A DNA stretch of 64,000 nt from Verrucomicrobiota bacterium (GTDB taxonomy: Bacteria > Verrucomicrobiota > Verrucomicrobiia > Opitutales > Opitutaceae), in NCBI GenBank assembly GCA_023430825.1, contig JAEYYL010000003.1, forward strand, positions 3,791-67,790, written 5' to 3'. Of this stretch, positions 48,670 to 58,317 are shown piece by piece (the first letter of the stretch is position 1; each line of letters opens with the position of its first letter). The position numbers were made by a program, and so were the translations under genes. Under the pieces are notes generated by a model. The model did no database searches. It saw nothing but the letters and a program-made list of their open reading frames with translations, and was not told the origin of the DNA.

Positions 48670-51267
48670 ATGCTGGCTCACATTCTTTCTCCACGCCCCG
48701 AAGTCACTTCCGGCCGCATTCAAGGTGTCATTGATCCCGACCGTATCACAGATCCTAAGGGGAAGTCCCTAGAGGCGAAACCAACCGAATTTGTGCGCGC
48801 CACCTTCGTGTCCAACGATGTGCGCCGGCTCGTTAAAACTCTCCAGACGCGCCTCCATTCTTCCGAGTCGGAGGTTGGCACCGTTCTATTCGAGGGCCCC
48901 AAAGGGCAGGGTAAAAGCCACCTCATCACCCTCGGCTACCATCTCGTGAAGAACAACGCCGAGCTGGTCGGTTGGCTCACGGAGCAAAAGCTCGAACTCA
49001 CCATCCCGGGCAACGTCGTTGTCCTTCTTCGCAAATTTACCGACTTTCCCTTCGACACCCTCTGGCAGGTCATCGGCGATGCTATCGGAGCGAACTTCAC
49101 CGGCTCGCGCCCGCCGAGCATCGAAGCGTTCCGGGCCGCGCTCGCCGGCCGAAAACTCGTCCTCCTGTTCGACGAACTGGAAAGCGGCATCCGCGCCATC
49201 GGCAGCGACAGCCAGCGACAGGACAACATCAACTTCCTTCAGATGATCTCCGAGGAGTCCATGCGCGCCGACTCCAACGTTGTTCTCATCGCCTCCGTTT
49301 ACGACGGCAACATCGAGCCCGGGCTTACCCTCAAGCGCGTCAAGCCGACCGAGATCAGATTCACCGACAACCGGGATCGGCTTCACATCCTCTTCCACCG
49401 ACTCTTCGAAAAGTCTCCGTTGGCGGCGAACCCCGAAATCGACAACATCGTCAAGAGTCACGCCAACACGTGGCAGCGCTTCGGGGTCCCTGCCAACGCC
49501 GACTATGTCGAGCGTCTGCGCGAGAGTTTCCCATTCTCTCCCGAGCTAATCGACGTCGTCACCCAGCGCATTCCCCAGAGCCGGGGTGGTTTTCAGGGGA
49601 CTCGTGGCGCACTGGCATTTCTCGCCGCCCTCGTCCGTCTGCGCGGCCAGCAGACCAATCTGCTCACGCTTTCTGACGTCGCCATCACTGACGCGGACAT
49701 CCGCACGTGGCTCGCGGACCTTGAGCCTTCGCAGAACCTCATCTCCTGCGCAGATGCGAACCTCCGGGACCTGGCCAAACTCCCTGCTGCCGAGCGCATC
49801 ACGTCGGCCACCTTGATCGCCAGCCTCGCGCCGTCTCGAACACTGGGCATCTCCGAAGATGAACTGGCTCGTCAAGTCCTCGACCCCGCCGGGGATTACA
49901 ACCAGTTCAAACAGACTCTCGATGGCTTCACCAAATTTGCTTCGTTCTTTCACCGACGTGACCAACACGTCTACTTCGACACTCGCGAAAACGCGCACGC
50001 CAAGGTCGAGCTTCGGAGCATCTCGGTTAAAGACAGTGAGGCGTGGGATCGGATCGCGCAGTGGTGGCGCGCTGATGTTTTCGGCGACTCCGATGCCATC
50101 ATCCTTGGCGAGATCGATCTCGCCCGCAATCGGCTCGATGGTCTGCACGCGGATGGCCTTCGGTTCGTGATCTCACCTCGTCGCCTAAATGTTCGTGACC
50201 GGCACGATCTCTATTTCGGGCTGAAGCGCCGCAACACGGTCGTCCTCCTCGAACCCCGCGCAGACAAGGAAAACCTTCGCACCAACCCTGACATCCTCGC
50301 GTGGGCTCGTAAGGCCATCGCTGCTGAGGCTCTTGCAACCGCTACGATCGGTGACGCCGAGAAGGTCCGCGAGTTCTCCAAAATAGCTTCCGACCAGAAG
50401 ACCGCGGTCATCGAGGCGATCAAGAAGGTGAACTATGCCTACGTGCAGGTTCACCGCACAGGAGCAACTCCCGAGCAAGGCGATTACACGCTGGAGCCGG
50501 TCCAGCCTCTCGCGAAGCAAACCGTCCTTACGCACTTAGCGCGTAGTCTCTTCCCCGCTACCTACATTGCCGAACACATGCAGGGCCGATACTCCGAGCT
50601 GCTCGGCCGGAAGGTGGCCGCCGTGGAGGCAGAGTATCGCAATACCCTCAGCTTCCCCGTTCTCGTTTACCCGACCACCTTCATCGAGGCCGTCGACAGC
50701 CTCGTTGTGGACGGCGTCTTCAACCTCGCACATCCTGCCGGGACACAGCACGCCGGGGAAAACGTCATGCTTCGTGAAGCCGAGCTGATGGAGTCCACCT
50801 TTGCCGCGCCGTCGGCGCGCCCCGCCGCAGCTCCGGTGAACAGGCCAGCAGATCCGAGCCCCGTCGGAGGTTTTGGTCAGCCGCCGGCTACCACGACGGG
50901 AAGAGGAGGTGGTGTCTCCGCGGCGGTGGATGTGCTCCCCTTCACCGGCACAGCCCAGACTCTCACCACTGGGTTCTGCGATTCCCGGCAGGCACTTCGT
51001 CAGGAGGTAGCCGCCAAGCTTGATCAAGCCGAAGACCAGATTGTGGTTCGTGTCCGCATCGGAATCACCTTCGATGCCCGCACATCTGACATGTCCACGC
51101 TCCCTTCTTTCCTGCGTGGTTCGCTCACCGGAACGGGATTGTTCAGCGGTGAGGTCACGTTCGAGTTTCCTGGCTCGTTCAACAAGGCCGCTGTGGAAGC
51201 CATGATGGAACGTCTCCCGGATTTCGCGCCCGGCTCAGCCAAAGTGACGCTGACGCTCGCATCCTGA
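48670..51267 (+). CDS. DUF499/BrxC(PglY)-like P-loop ATPase
   Basis: 865 aa from the ATG at 48670. Walker A is FEGPKGQGKSH about 110 aa in. Walker B-like is LVLLFDELE. Long helical C-terminal region. First gene of the operon. Confidence 0.8.
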   Translation: MLAHILSPRPEVTSGRIQGVIDPDRITDPKGKSLEAKPTEFVRATFVSNDVRRLVKTLQTRLHSSESEVGTVLFEGPKGQGKSHLITLGYHLVKNNAELVGWLTEQKLELTIPGNVVVLLRKFTDFPFDTLWQVIGDAIGANFTGSRPPSIEAFRAALAGRKLVLLFDELESGIRAIGSDSQRQDNINFLQMISEESMRADSNVVLIASVYDGNIEPGLTLKRVKPTEIRFTDNRDRLHILFHRLFEKSPLAANPEIDNIVKSHANTWQRFGVPANADYVERLRESFPFSPELIDVVTQRIPQSRGGFQGTRGALAFLAALVRLRGQQTNLLTLSDVAITDADIRTWLADLEPSQNLISCADANLRDLAKLPAAERITSATLIASLAPSRTLGISEDELARQVLDPAGDYNQFKQTLDGFTKFASFFHRRDQHVYFDTRENAHAKVELRSISVKDSEAWDRIAQWWRADVFGDSDAIILGEIDLARNRLDGLHADGLRFVISPRRLNVRDRHDLYFGLKRRNTVVLLEPRADKENLRTNPDILAWARKAIAAEALATATIGDAEKVREFSKIASDQKTAVIEAIKKVNYAYVQVHRTGATPEQGDYTLEPVQPLAKQTVLTHLARSLFPATYIAEHMQGRYSELLGRKVAAVEAEYRNTLSFPVLVYPTTFIEAVDSLVVDGVFNLAHPAGTQHAGENVMLREAELMESTFAAPSARPAAAPVNRPADPSPVGGFGQPPATTTGRGGGVSAAVDVLPFTGTAQTLTTGFCDSRQALRQEVAAKLDQAEDQIVVRVRIGITFDARTSDMSTLPSFLRGSLTGTGLFSGEVTFEFPGSFNKAAVEAMMERLPDFAPGSAKVTLTLAS

Positions 51268-51275
51268 TCTCCGCC

Positions 51276-52283
51276 ATGTCCGCCCTCGTCGATTTTCCTC
51301 CTGGATTGCTTCTTGTCGGCGGCTCACGTGTGCCCGGTATCGCCGAGTGGCTGATGCAATCCGTGTGGTCCCCAGAGCGCTTCGCCTCGCTCCCTCGCGA
51401 GGAATACCTGCGCCTCGGGGAGGACTCGGTTTGCCGAGCCGAGGAGGCGATCTCCACAGGCGCTTCCCGTGTTTGGGATGAGCTGGTTGCAGCTTCTGCT
51501 CACGCTCTGACCCCTCGCGGGTATCTCGGCCTGGACTCGCCGCCCTCTTCAGCCCAGCCCGTCAGCCGCGCGGTCATCGTGTTTGATGGCCTGTCTCTCC
51601 GTGAGCTTCCTCTCCTCCTTTCGCTGGCGGCAAAAACGGGCTTTCGGGTGGACGACGCACGGGCTATGGCGACCTGCCTGCCGACTGAAACGATCGACTT
51701 CGTTTCCCAGCGCGTTCTCGGTGCGGATGCGGCCTACGGGACGGGACCGAGTCAGCTGCCAGGCCACGGTGCGCTCACGTCGCGTGGCGTTTTTGCCGCA
51801 TACCTCGATAGTCTAAACCCGCGAGTGTCGCTCCCGAGCGGCAAGTCGCTGCTTCTGTGGTCCACCTATCCGGATCGACTCTTCAAGGACGACGAAGCGC
51901 GATTCGATACCCAGCTCTTCCCCCAGTTTTGCGAGCATGTCTCCACCCTGTGGAAATACACGGTGCAGGCCGTGCCAGCAGGCGTGCCCATCGTTCTCAC
52001 CAGTGACCACGGTTATATTTTTTTCGGTGGCACAGCGGAGAGTTCACGCGAATCCACCGCGACCGAACAACTCCATCAACAACGCCACCAAGTCTTCGAA
52101 GACCAAGCGCCGTATCCGGCGCCACACCCTGATCTCCAGCGACTGCCCGAGCGACGCCTCGCCCTGCTGCGTGGCCGCCTCAAGACCCGCCCCAGGGGCG
52201 GCAGTGGCCGCAAGCTTTACCAGCACGGCGGCCTTTCCCTCATGGAGTCCCTCGTCCCGTGGGTTCTCCTCAACCGCAACTAA
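51276..52283 (+). CDS. PglZ-domain (alkaline-phosphatase superfamily) protein, short form
   Basis: AVIVFDGLSLRELP, CLPTETIDF, VLTSDHGYIF and YQHGGLSLMESLVPW signatures. Only 335 aa. Confidence 0.8.
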   Translation: MSALVDFPPGLLLVGGSRVPGIAEWLMQSVWSPERFASLPREEYLRLGEDSVCRAEEAISTGASRVWDELVAASAHALTPRGYLGLDSPPSSAQPVSRAVIVFDGLSLRELPLLLSLAAKTGFRVDDARAMATCLPTETIDFVSQRVLGADAAYGTGPSQLPGHGALTSRGVFAAYLDSLNPRVSLPSGKSLLLWSTYPDRLFKDDEARFDTQLFPQFCEHVSTLWKYTVQAVPAGVPIVLTSDHGYIFFGGTAESSRESTATEQLHQQRHQVFEDQAPYPAPHPDLQRLPERRLALLRGRLKTRPRGGSGRKLYQHGGLSLMESLVPWVLLNRN

Positions 52284-52295
52284 TCTCTCTCCACC

Positions 52296-52529
52296 ATGAG
52301 CAAAATCAAAGTCGGCACCCAGATCGAAGAGGAGATCTACCAGCAATTGAAGTTGGTCGCTGCCCGCGAACGCCGCCCCGTGGGCGAACTCGTCCAGGAT
52401 GCCGTCACCTTTTATCTCCGTCGCCAGCGTAAATCCGGCCTCGCTCGGCTACTCGAACGTGGCCCGACCTTCGCCGTGAGCGAAGCCGATCACCGCGAAA
52501 TCATGGAAGCGGATTTTTACGACCAGTGA
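52296..52529 (+). CDS. CopG/RHH-type antitoxin-like protein
   Basis: 77 aa. KVGTQIEEEIYQQLKLVAARERRPVGELVQDAVTFYL fits an RHH fold. Lies directly upstream of the PIN gene. Confidence 0.65.
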   Translation: MSKIKVGTQIEEEIYQQLKLVAARERRPVGELVQDAVTFYLRRQRKSGLARLLERGPTFAVSEADHREIMEADFYDQ

Positions 52530-52545
52530 GCGCAACCCGGACGAC

Positions 52546-53049
52546 ATGACTCTCGACGAAATCCGCAACCGCACCCGCGTCCTCATCGACGCCAACGTGC
52601 TCATCTATGGCATCCGCCGCTCTTCGCTCCAATGTCGGGCGCTCCTTGCACGCTGCGATTCCGGCGCCTTGGAGGGCATCATCACAACGACCATCCTCGC
52701 TGAGTTCAGCCACCGCCGGATGGTCGAGGAAGCGAAGTTCAAGGGTCTGGTCGGCTCTAATCCTGCCCGCGCTTTATCTGAGAATCGTAGTCTGCTGCGG
52801 TCGCTTTCCGCCTACGCAGACGAGGTGCGCGATCTTCTCGGCGGAGGTCTTCTGGTCGAGCAGGTAATGCCCGAAGACTTTCACCTAGCACTTGAGTTTC
52901 AGCAGAAGTTCGCGCTGCTCACGAACGACTCCCTCAACCTCGCGGTCGCCCGTCGGCTAGGCGTCAGCGAACTTGCGACCGCCGACAAGGGTTTCGATTC
53001 CGCCCAGGGATTCATCGTCTACAAGCCGAACGATATCGCCCTTCTATGA
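52546..53049 (+). CDS. PIN-domain (VapC-like) ribonuclease
   Basis: VLIDANVLIY (Asp1), AEF (Glu), LLTNDSLNLA (Asp3), ATADKGF (Asp4). Confidence 0.75.
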   Translation: MTLDEIRNRTRVLIDANVLIYGIRRSSLQCRALLARCDSGALEGIITTTILAEFSHRRMVEEAKFKGLVGSNPARALSENRSLLRSLSAYADEVRDLLGGGLLVEQVMPEDFHLALEFQQKFALLTNDSLNLAVARRLGVSELATADKGFDSAQGFIVYKPNDIALL

Positions 53050-54047
53050 ACGTGATCGCCACCACCTCAGAAGCCTTGCTGCAAGAGACCGCCTCGCTGG
53101 ATCTCAAGCGTAGCTTCAATCCGGCCAGCAATGGGGAGTGGTGCGAACTCTTGAAGGACCTAGTGGCTATGGCTAACTCGGGCGGGGGGCGTATCATCAT
53201 CGGCCTCAGTGACGACGGCACACCATCGGGCATCTGTTCGCGGAATTGCCGGTCGATCGACCCTGCGGTTTTTGTAGACAAGATTCACTCGTATACGGGG
53301 GTGCATTTCGCCGGAGTTTCGACACGCTCTGAATCGCAGGCTGGAGTCGAAGTGACTGTTTTTGTCGTCGAAGACGCGCCTGTCCCTCTCGTTTTCGACA
53401 AGGCCGGCAACTACCAGCCGACCGAGGGCAAGCAGCGCAACGCGTTCAATCAAGGCACACTCTACGTTCGGCACGGCGCCAAGAGTGAGCCTGCTACCTC
53501 TGCCGACATTCGGGAGATCCTCGATCGCCATCTGAAGCGCGCACGCGAGGCACTCCTCGTAAACCTTCGCCAAGTAGTTGAAGCCCCGGCCGGGTCGGTT
53601 GTGTCAATCGCTCCTCGGGCCGTCTCAACGAACGACTTTTCCGCTCACCCGGTCCGGCTCGTTGAAGATCCCGCCGCTGCACCGGCCGCAATGCTCGATC
53701 CCAACATCACGCATCCGCACCGGCAGAAGGAAGTGATCGCAAAGGTCAACGAGCGGCTAGCCGGCAAAACGCATGTAACCTCCGCGGATGTTCTGGCGAT
53801 TCGCCGTATCCACCGACTGGAGGCTAACCGTTCTCTCTGCTATCAGCCGAGGTTCGGCTCCTGCCAGTATAGCGACCTTTTCGTCGAGTGGATCATCAGC
53901 CACATTCAAGCGGACCCGAATTTCCTTCGGGATGTGAAGCATCGCTTCCACGAACTGACCGTGGCGCATAATGCCGCCACCCGTCGGCGTCGCCGCTCCA
54001 CTCGGATGAGCACCTACGGTCAGCCGAGTTCCGCTTTTTCGTCATGA
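53046..54047 (+). CDS. AlbA_2/Schlafen-like (divergent AAA) domain protein
   Basis: ETASLDLKRSF...LLKDLVAMANSGGGRIIIGLSDDG...GTLYVRHGAKSEPA pattern. ATGA overlaps at both ends. Confidence 0.65.
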   Translation: MNVIATTSEALLQETASLDLKRSFNPASNGEWCELLKDLVAMANSGGGRIIIGLSDDGTPSGICSRNCRSIDPAVFVDKIHSYTGVHFAGVSTRSESQAGVEVTVFVVEDAPVPLVFDKAGNYQPTEGKQRNAFNQGTLYVRHGAKSEPATSADIREILDRHLKRAREALLVNLRQVVEAPAGSVVSIAPRAVSTNDFSAHPVRLVEDPAAAPAAMLDPNITHPHRQKEVIAKVNERLAGKTHVTSADVLAIRRIHRLEANRSLCYQPRFGSCQYSDLFVEWIISHIQADPNFLRDVKHRFHELTVAHNAATRRRRRSTRMSTYGQPSSAFSS

Positions 54048-54601
54048 ACCAGTCCTATCCAGCTCGCACTCTGCTCGGAGCCTTGTCCGGCCTCCAAATC
54101 GCCCCTGTCCGTCGCAAAATCTTCGTCAGCTACCACCACGCGCATGACCAAGGGTATTACAACGAACTGTCCCGTGTGCTGCACGATCAGATGGACGTGG
54201 TCTTCGACAACTCGCTCGATCGCCGTATCGACAGCGACAACACGGAATACGTGATCCAACGCATCCGCGATAATTTCATCTCTGGCACATCCTGCACGAT
54301 CGTCCTTTGCGGACCGGAGACCTACCAGCGAAAATACGTGGATTGGGAAATCAAGGCCACGCTGGATAAGGGCCACGGTTTGATCGGCCTGCACCTGCCC
54401 ACAGCGGTTCGCGGGGATCAGGGCGGCATCCTTGTCGCGAGCCGTCTGTATCAAAACATCCAATCCGGTTACGCCCTCTGGAAATCGTGGAACGACCTTG
54501 CGGCAAACCCGCGGCTCATGGCCACGTGGATTGAAGATGCGGTTGCTCGTGACCAGAGCAAGATCGTCAACCCACACGAGATCAAATCCCGCAACGGGTA
54601 A
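54044..54601 (+). CDS. ThsB-like TIR domain protein (DUF1863/MTH538-type)
   Basis: KIFVSYHHAHDQGYY..., ISGTSCTIVLCGPETYQRKYVDWEIKATL... matches the TIR-like ThsB pattern, including the conserved Glu in WEI. Confidence 0.75.
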   Translation: MNQSYPARTLLGALSGLQIAPVRRKIFVSYHHAHDQGYYNELSRVLHDQMDVVFDNSLDRRIDSDNTEYVIQRIRDNFISGTSCTIVLCGPETYQRKYVDWEIKATLDKGHGLIGLHLPTAVRGDQGGILVASRLYQNIQSGYALWKSWNDLAANPRLMATWIEDAVARDQSKIVNPHEIKSRNG

Positions 54602-54608
54602 CTTTACC

Positions 54609-55169
54609 ATGGCCACGATCAAAGAAGGGAATTTCTCCATCAATCTCGGCCTGGTAAAGCTCGATGGGCGTCTCACCGACGATGACCGCCAATGCGCTTG
54701 GGAACTCTACGCTGAGATCATCACGCGGGTCGCTGTCGTCGGGAAGTGGAGCGATAAAGAGGCCACCAGTTTCGAAGGCGAGATCTACGCTGAAAGCTTC
54801 ACCTCGCTGCACCGGTTCTTCCAAGAAGCGCGGGGCATCATGCGAAAATTCCCCGTGGGGCGCATCGACAAGCCGACCAAGGACCACTTGGGAGTCATGA
54901 TCCAGCGGATTCTAACCGATGCGCTCCGGCCTTTTTTGGAGAAGTGGCAAGGCAACTACAGGTCGTGGTGGGAACTTCAGATGAATTCGCCGCGTAATCC
55001 GTTCGATGTGCAGGCCGAATTCAAGGACTTGAAAGGACTTCTGGAAGACTGGTCAGCCATCCGCCGCATCATGCGCCGCGCCGCTCACGAAATCTGCGAG
55101 GCCTACCAGCTCGAACCCGTCATCCAGCCACCATCTCAACCGGCGGAGCCCGCCCGCAGAGTCATTTAA
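54609..55169 (+). CDS. hypothetical helical protein (186 aa)
   Basis: ATG lies 7 nt after the TIR gene stop. The gene ends 5 nt before the methyltransferase. No family recognised. Confidence 0.55.
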   Translation: MATIKEGNFSINLGLVKLDGRLTDDDRQCAWELYAEIITRVAVVGKWSDKEATSFEGEIYAESFTSLHRFFQEARGIMRKFPVGRIDKPTKDHLGVMIQRILTDALRPFLEKWQGNYRSWWELQMNSPRNPFDVQAEFKDLKGLLEDWSAIRRIMRRAAHEICEAYQLEPVIQPPSQPAEPARRVI

Positions 55170-55174
55170 TCGCT

Positions 55175-58100
55175 ATGTCCAAACGCGCCATCGAAGAGTC
55201 TTTCCCTATTGTTGAGATCAACCGCCTGGTTGTTCCCGAGCGCAATGGGTTCAAGCCCATCTATCAGATGCACAAATCCTTCGCGCCCCGCGCTTCCTGC
55301 GTTTTCCGGGCTATTCTCTTGGGCGCGCTCAAGCCTGCCGGCACCAACATTATTGAAGAGTTCTACAAGGACCATACTAACGACCCCGACACGAAAGACA
55401 AGGTAGTCCTAGATACCTTCATGGGTGGCGGCACGACCATCGTCGAAGCGGTCCGCATGGGTATTCGTCCTATTGGTATCGAGCTTAACCCTGTTCCGTG
55501 GTTTGTAGTAAAAATGGCCCTTGCCCCGGCAGATGTGGAGGCCTTCGACGCTAGCGTAAAACGACTTGAAGAACGTCCGGTCGCGTGGTCTGGCAAATCG
55601 CTCACTGACACGCTTGCCGAACTTTATGAGACCGAGGCCCCAGTATATCTGGACAACGAGACAAACCAGGCTGTGAAGCCAAAAGCCCACGCAATTCACA
55701 CGTATTGGGTAAAATCGGCCATCTGCACGAGCCCGACATGCCGCAAGCAGGTTCCGCTCTTCAAAAACTACATCGTCGCGAACAAGACACCGACTATCCG
55801 TTACCACGCTGACTGCACCTGTCCACGTTGTCAGAAAACATTCGACTGGGAGTTGGAGCCTGCCGCTCTTGTTTCAGATCCCGCGCAGATGGTGCATGCC
55901 AGCGCCTACTCGGCCGGCGTAAGTCGTAGCACTGTCCGATGGACGTATGCCCACCCCGAAGGAGGTATCTACGTGGCGCAGGGGGACGCAAAAGGCGGGC
56001 AATCCACTGTCCGTCACGGGCGCGTTCCAACTGCGCACGTTTGTTGCCCCCATTGCTACGAAACGGTTAAACCGCGGCTTTCGACCACCAAGCCAAAGCG
56101 GAAGAAAATTCCCCTGAGTGTATTGCACTGTCCGAACACTGATGAAGTCTTTCAGTGGCGCGGAGAGCTGCCGCCAGGCATTACGGTCTCCTCGCCCCTT
56201 GGGGGCAATTTTGAACCACATCGCGGAAATGTTCCTGAAAACGGTGAGTTTCTTTGTCCGCACTGCGGCCAAAGAGACGAAAACATACGTTCAGTCCGTG
56301 CGCTACCCGAGAATGAACGGTTCCCCCTGAGTGCTTATGCGGCCCAATCTTACTGGGCAGCTGGTGATCCGAGAGAAGATGACGACGATAATGTAGAGGG
56401 TGATTTGTTCGTGACCATCAGCCCAGATAGGGTCGGCGCAGTATGCAGCAAGACAGACAATTTAGTTTGGAAGAATAAGGGTAAGTTCTTTCACTCCATA
56501 TCGCCCAAGCAATTAGCGAGTTATCAGTCAATTAAAGCGACTTGGGCAAGGAACCAAGACAGTCTTCCACATCCACGATCAGCCATCCCGCCTGGACAGG
56601 AAACAAAGCGCCTACACGAACACCATTATCGTGGTTTTAAGGACATGTTTTTGGATCGGCAGCTGTTGGCTTTGAGCACTCTGCTACACGCAATCGCCCA
56701 AGAGGAAAACGAGGCATGCCGCAACTTATTGCTCTTGGTTTTCTCGGGAACCGTAGAGCGCAATAATCTTTTCTGCCGGTATTTCAACGACCGAAACACA
56801 ATACAGGGGAATTTCGACCGTCACGATTACGCGCCAAAAATTGATCCGGCTGAGAATTGCGTTTGGGGGCCAAGTGAAGTCCGCGGCAGTTTCCACAATA
56901 TGCTCGGACGCGTAAAGGAGGGCCTGGAATTTAGAAGAAAGGTTTATGACCGCGACATTAACCGCCTTGGCGCAAAAGATAATTTGATTCTTTCCGGTGA
57001 ATCGATCGAGCCGGGGCGAGAAACTCTCCATAATGGCGACTCCCGCGAAGAGATTCGGAAGCTAGAGGACCTAGCTGATGCAGTCATTACAGATCCACCA
57101 TACGCTGGCAACGTAAACTACAGCGAGCTATACGATTTCTTCTATGTCTGGCTTCGCCTAGTCCTAAAGAACACTTACCACTCTTTTCAGCCAGAATATA
57201 CGCCCAAGACTACGGAGATTGTGGAAAACAAATCACGGGGCTTATCCAATGACGATTTTCGCGTCGGCCTCAAGACGGTGTTCGAGCGAGCCCACGACAA
57301 ATTAAAGGAAGACGGCGTGATGGCATTCACCTACCATCACTCAGGCAATCAACAATGGGTGGATTTGTGTGACGCCGTGTGTCTGGCAGGCTTTGTTATC
57401 GAGGCCGTCTATCCAGTTCATGCCGAAAAAGAATCGTCCCTAAACCTTCAAAACAACGAAGGCATCTCTTACGACCTAATCCACGTTTGCCGCAAGCGCC
57501 CCGCCGATCTTGGTCGGCGCAAGCGCACGTGGCAGGGCATACGGCAGGACATTCGCAAGAGAGCAGCTGAAGAAATCAAAGTTATCGAGAGCGGTCGTTA
57601 CGGTCGTGAACCTCTTGCCCCGTCAGATGTGCGCATGATCCTGATCGGGAAGTGCCTGGAGCTTTATTCGAAGCACTACGGCATCGTTATCGACGGTGAG
57701 GCTAATGTTCTACCCATGAAACGAGCGCTCGAAGACATTGACGAGATGGTGCAACAGCTCATCACCAAAGAAAATCCGCTTCCTAATGAGTTGGAGAACG
57801 TGGATGTAGTTTCCCGCGTATGGCTACGGGCTTTGTGCAACATTCGCGAGGTGTCGATTGATTCTGTCCGTAAGCTCACCCAGGGCATTTTTGAGCTTAG
57901 CGATCTGACCGACTACGATCCGCCTCTCGTAAGAAAAGGCCGTGTGAAAGGTGGCCGCACTTACACGGTTCTATCCCCTACCGAGCGACTTGATGCCCTT
58001 CACAAGAAGTTGAGCAATATAGACAACACCCTTAGCCAAATGGAGTTCATTCAAATTGAAGACAACTCCCTGTCCGCCATGGGACCTAATCTGATCGACG

Positions 58101-58303
58101 TGCTTCATTACTTACTTGCGCATGCAGAAACCGGTGAGCGACTCGATCTCATAGTTGAAAGATTTCGTGCGCACCGGCCACAAGTTCGGGCCGCGCTAGA
58201 GTTCATTAAAATCAAAGACCCCAATCGGTGGGCAAGATCCTGCGACCGATTGCTGCCTTTCTACACCGACATGCTGAGCAGCATGTTGGGCGCTCGAATC
58301 TAA
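55175..58303 (+). CDS. DUF1156-type Zn-ribbon DNA methyltransferase (PglXI-like, N6/N4 class)
   Basis: N-terminus AIEESFPIVEINRL...YQMHKSFAPR. Cys clusters CTSPTC...CPRC and CPHC...CPHCG. Catalytic VITDPPYAGNVNY. 1042 aa. Confidence 0.85.
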   Translation: MSKRAIEESFPIVEINRLVVPERNGFKPIYQMHKSFAPRASCVFRAILLGALKPAGTNIIEEFYKDHTNDPDTKDKVVLDTFMGGGTTIVEAVRMGIRPIGIELNPVPWFVVKMALAPADVEAFDASVKRLEERPVAWSGKSLTDTLAELYETEAPVYLDNETNQAVKPKAHAIHTYWVKSAICTSPTCRKQVPLFKNYIVANKTPTIRYHADCTCPRCQKTFDWELEPAALVSDPAQMVHASAYSAGVSRSTVRWTYAHPEGGIYVAQGDAKGGQSTVRHGRVPTAHVCCPHCYETVKPRLSTTKPKRKKIPLSVLHCPNTDEVFQWRGELPPGITVSSPLGGNFEPHRGNVPENGEFLCPHCGQRDENIRSVRALPENERFPLSAYAAQSYWAAGDPREDDDDNVEGDLFVTISPDRVGAVCSKTDNLVWKNKGKFFHSISPKQLASYQSIKATWARNQDSLPHPRSAIPPGQETKRLHEHHYRGFKDMFLDRQLLALSTLLHAIAQEENEACRNLLLLVFSGTVERNNLFCRYFNDRNTIQGNFDRHDYAPKIDPAENCVWGPSEVRGSFHNMLGRVKEGLEFRRKVYDRDINRLGAKDNLILSGESIEPGRETLHNGDSREEIRKLEDLADAVITDPPYAGNVNYSELYDFFYVWLRLVLKNTYHSFQPEYTPKTTEIVENKSRGLSNDDFRVGLKTVFERAHDKLKEDGVMAFTYHHSGNQQWVDLCDAVCLAGFVIEAVYPVHAEKESSLNLQNNEGISYDLIHVCRKRPADLGRRKRTWQGIRQDIRKRAAEEIKVIESGRYGREPLAPSDVRMILIGKCLELYSKHYGIVIDGEANVLPMKRALEDIDEMVQQLITKENPLPNELENVDVVSRVWLRALCNIREVSIDSVRKLTQGIFELSDLTDYDPPLVRKGRVKGGRTYTVLSPTERLDALHKKLSNIDNTLSQMEFIQIEDNSLSAMGPNLIDVLHYLLAHAETGERLDLIVERFRAHRPQVRAALEFIKIKDPNRWARSCDRLLPFYTDMLSSMLGARI

Positions 58304-58317
58304 CCGCTCCACTCACC

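Noticed and set aside
48287-48772. 161-aa ORF upstream of and overlapping the start of the DUF499 ATPase gene, considered as a possible BrxA-, BrxR- or BrxF-like first gene.
   Set aside because: It is a Pro/Arg/Ser-rich translation with no helix-forming pattern. It overlaps the better-supported ATG at 48670 in another frame.
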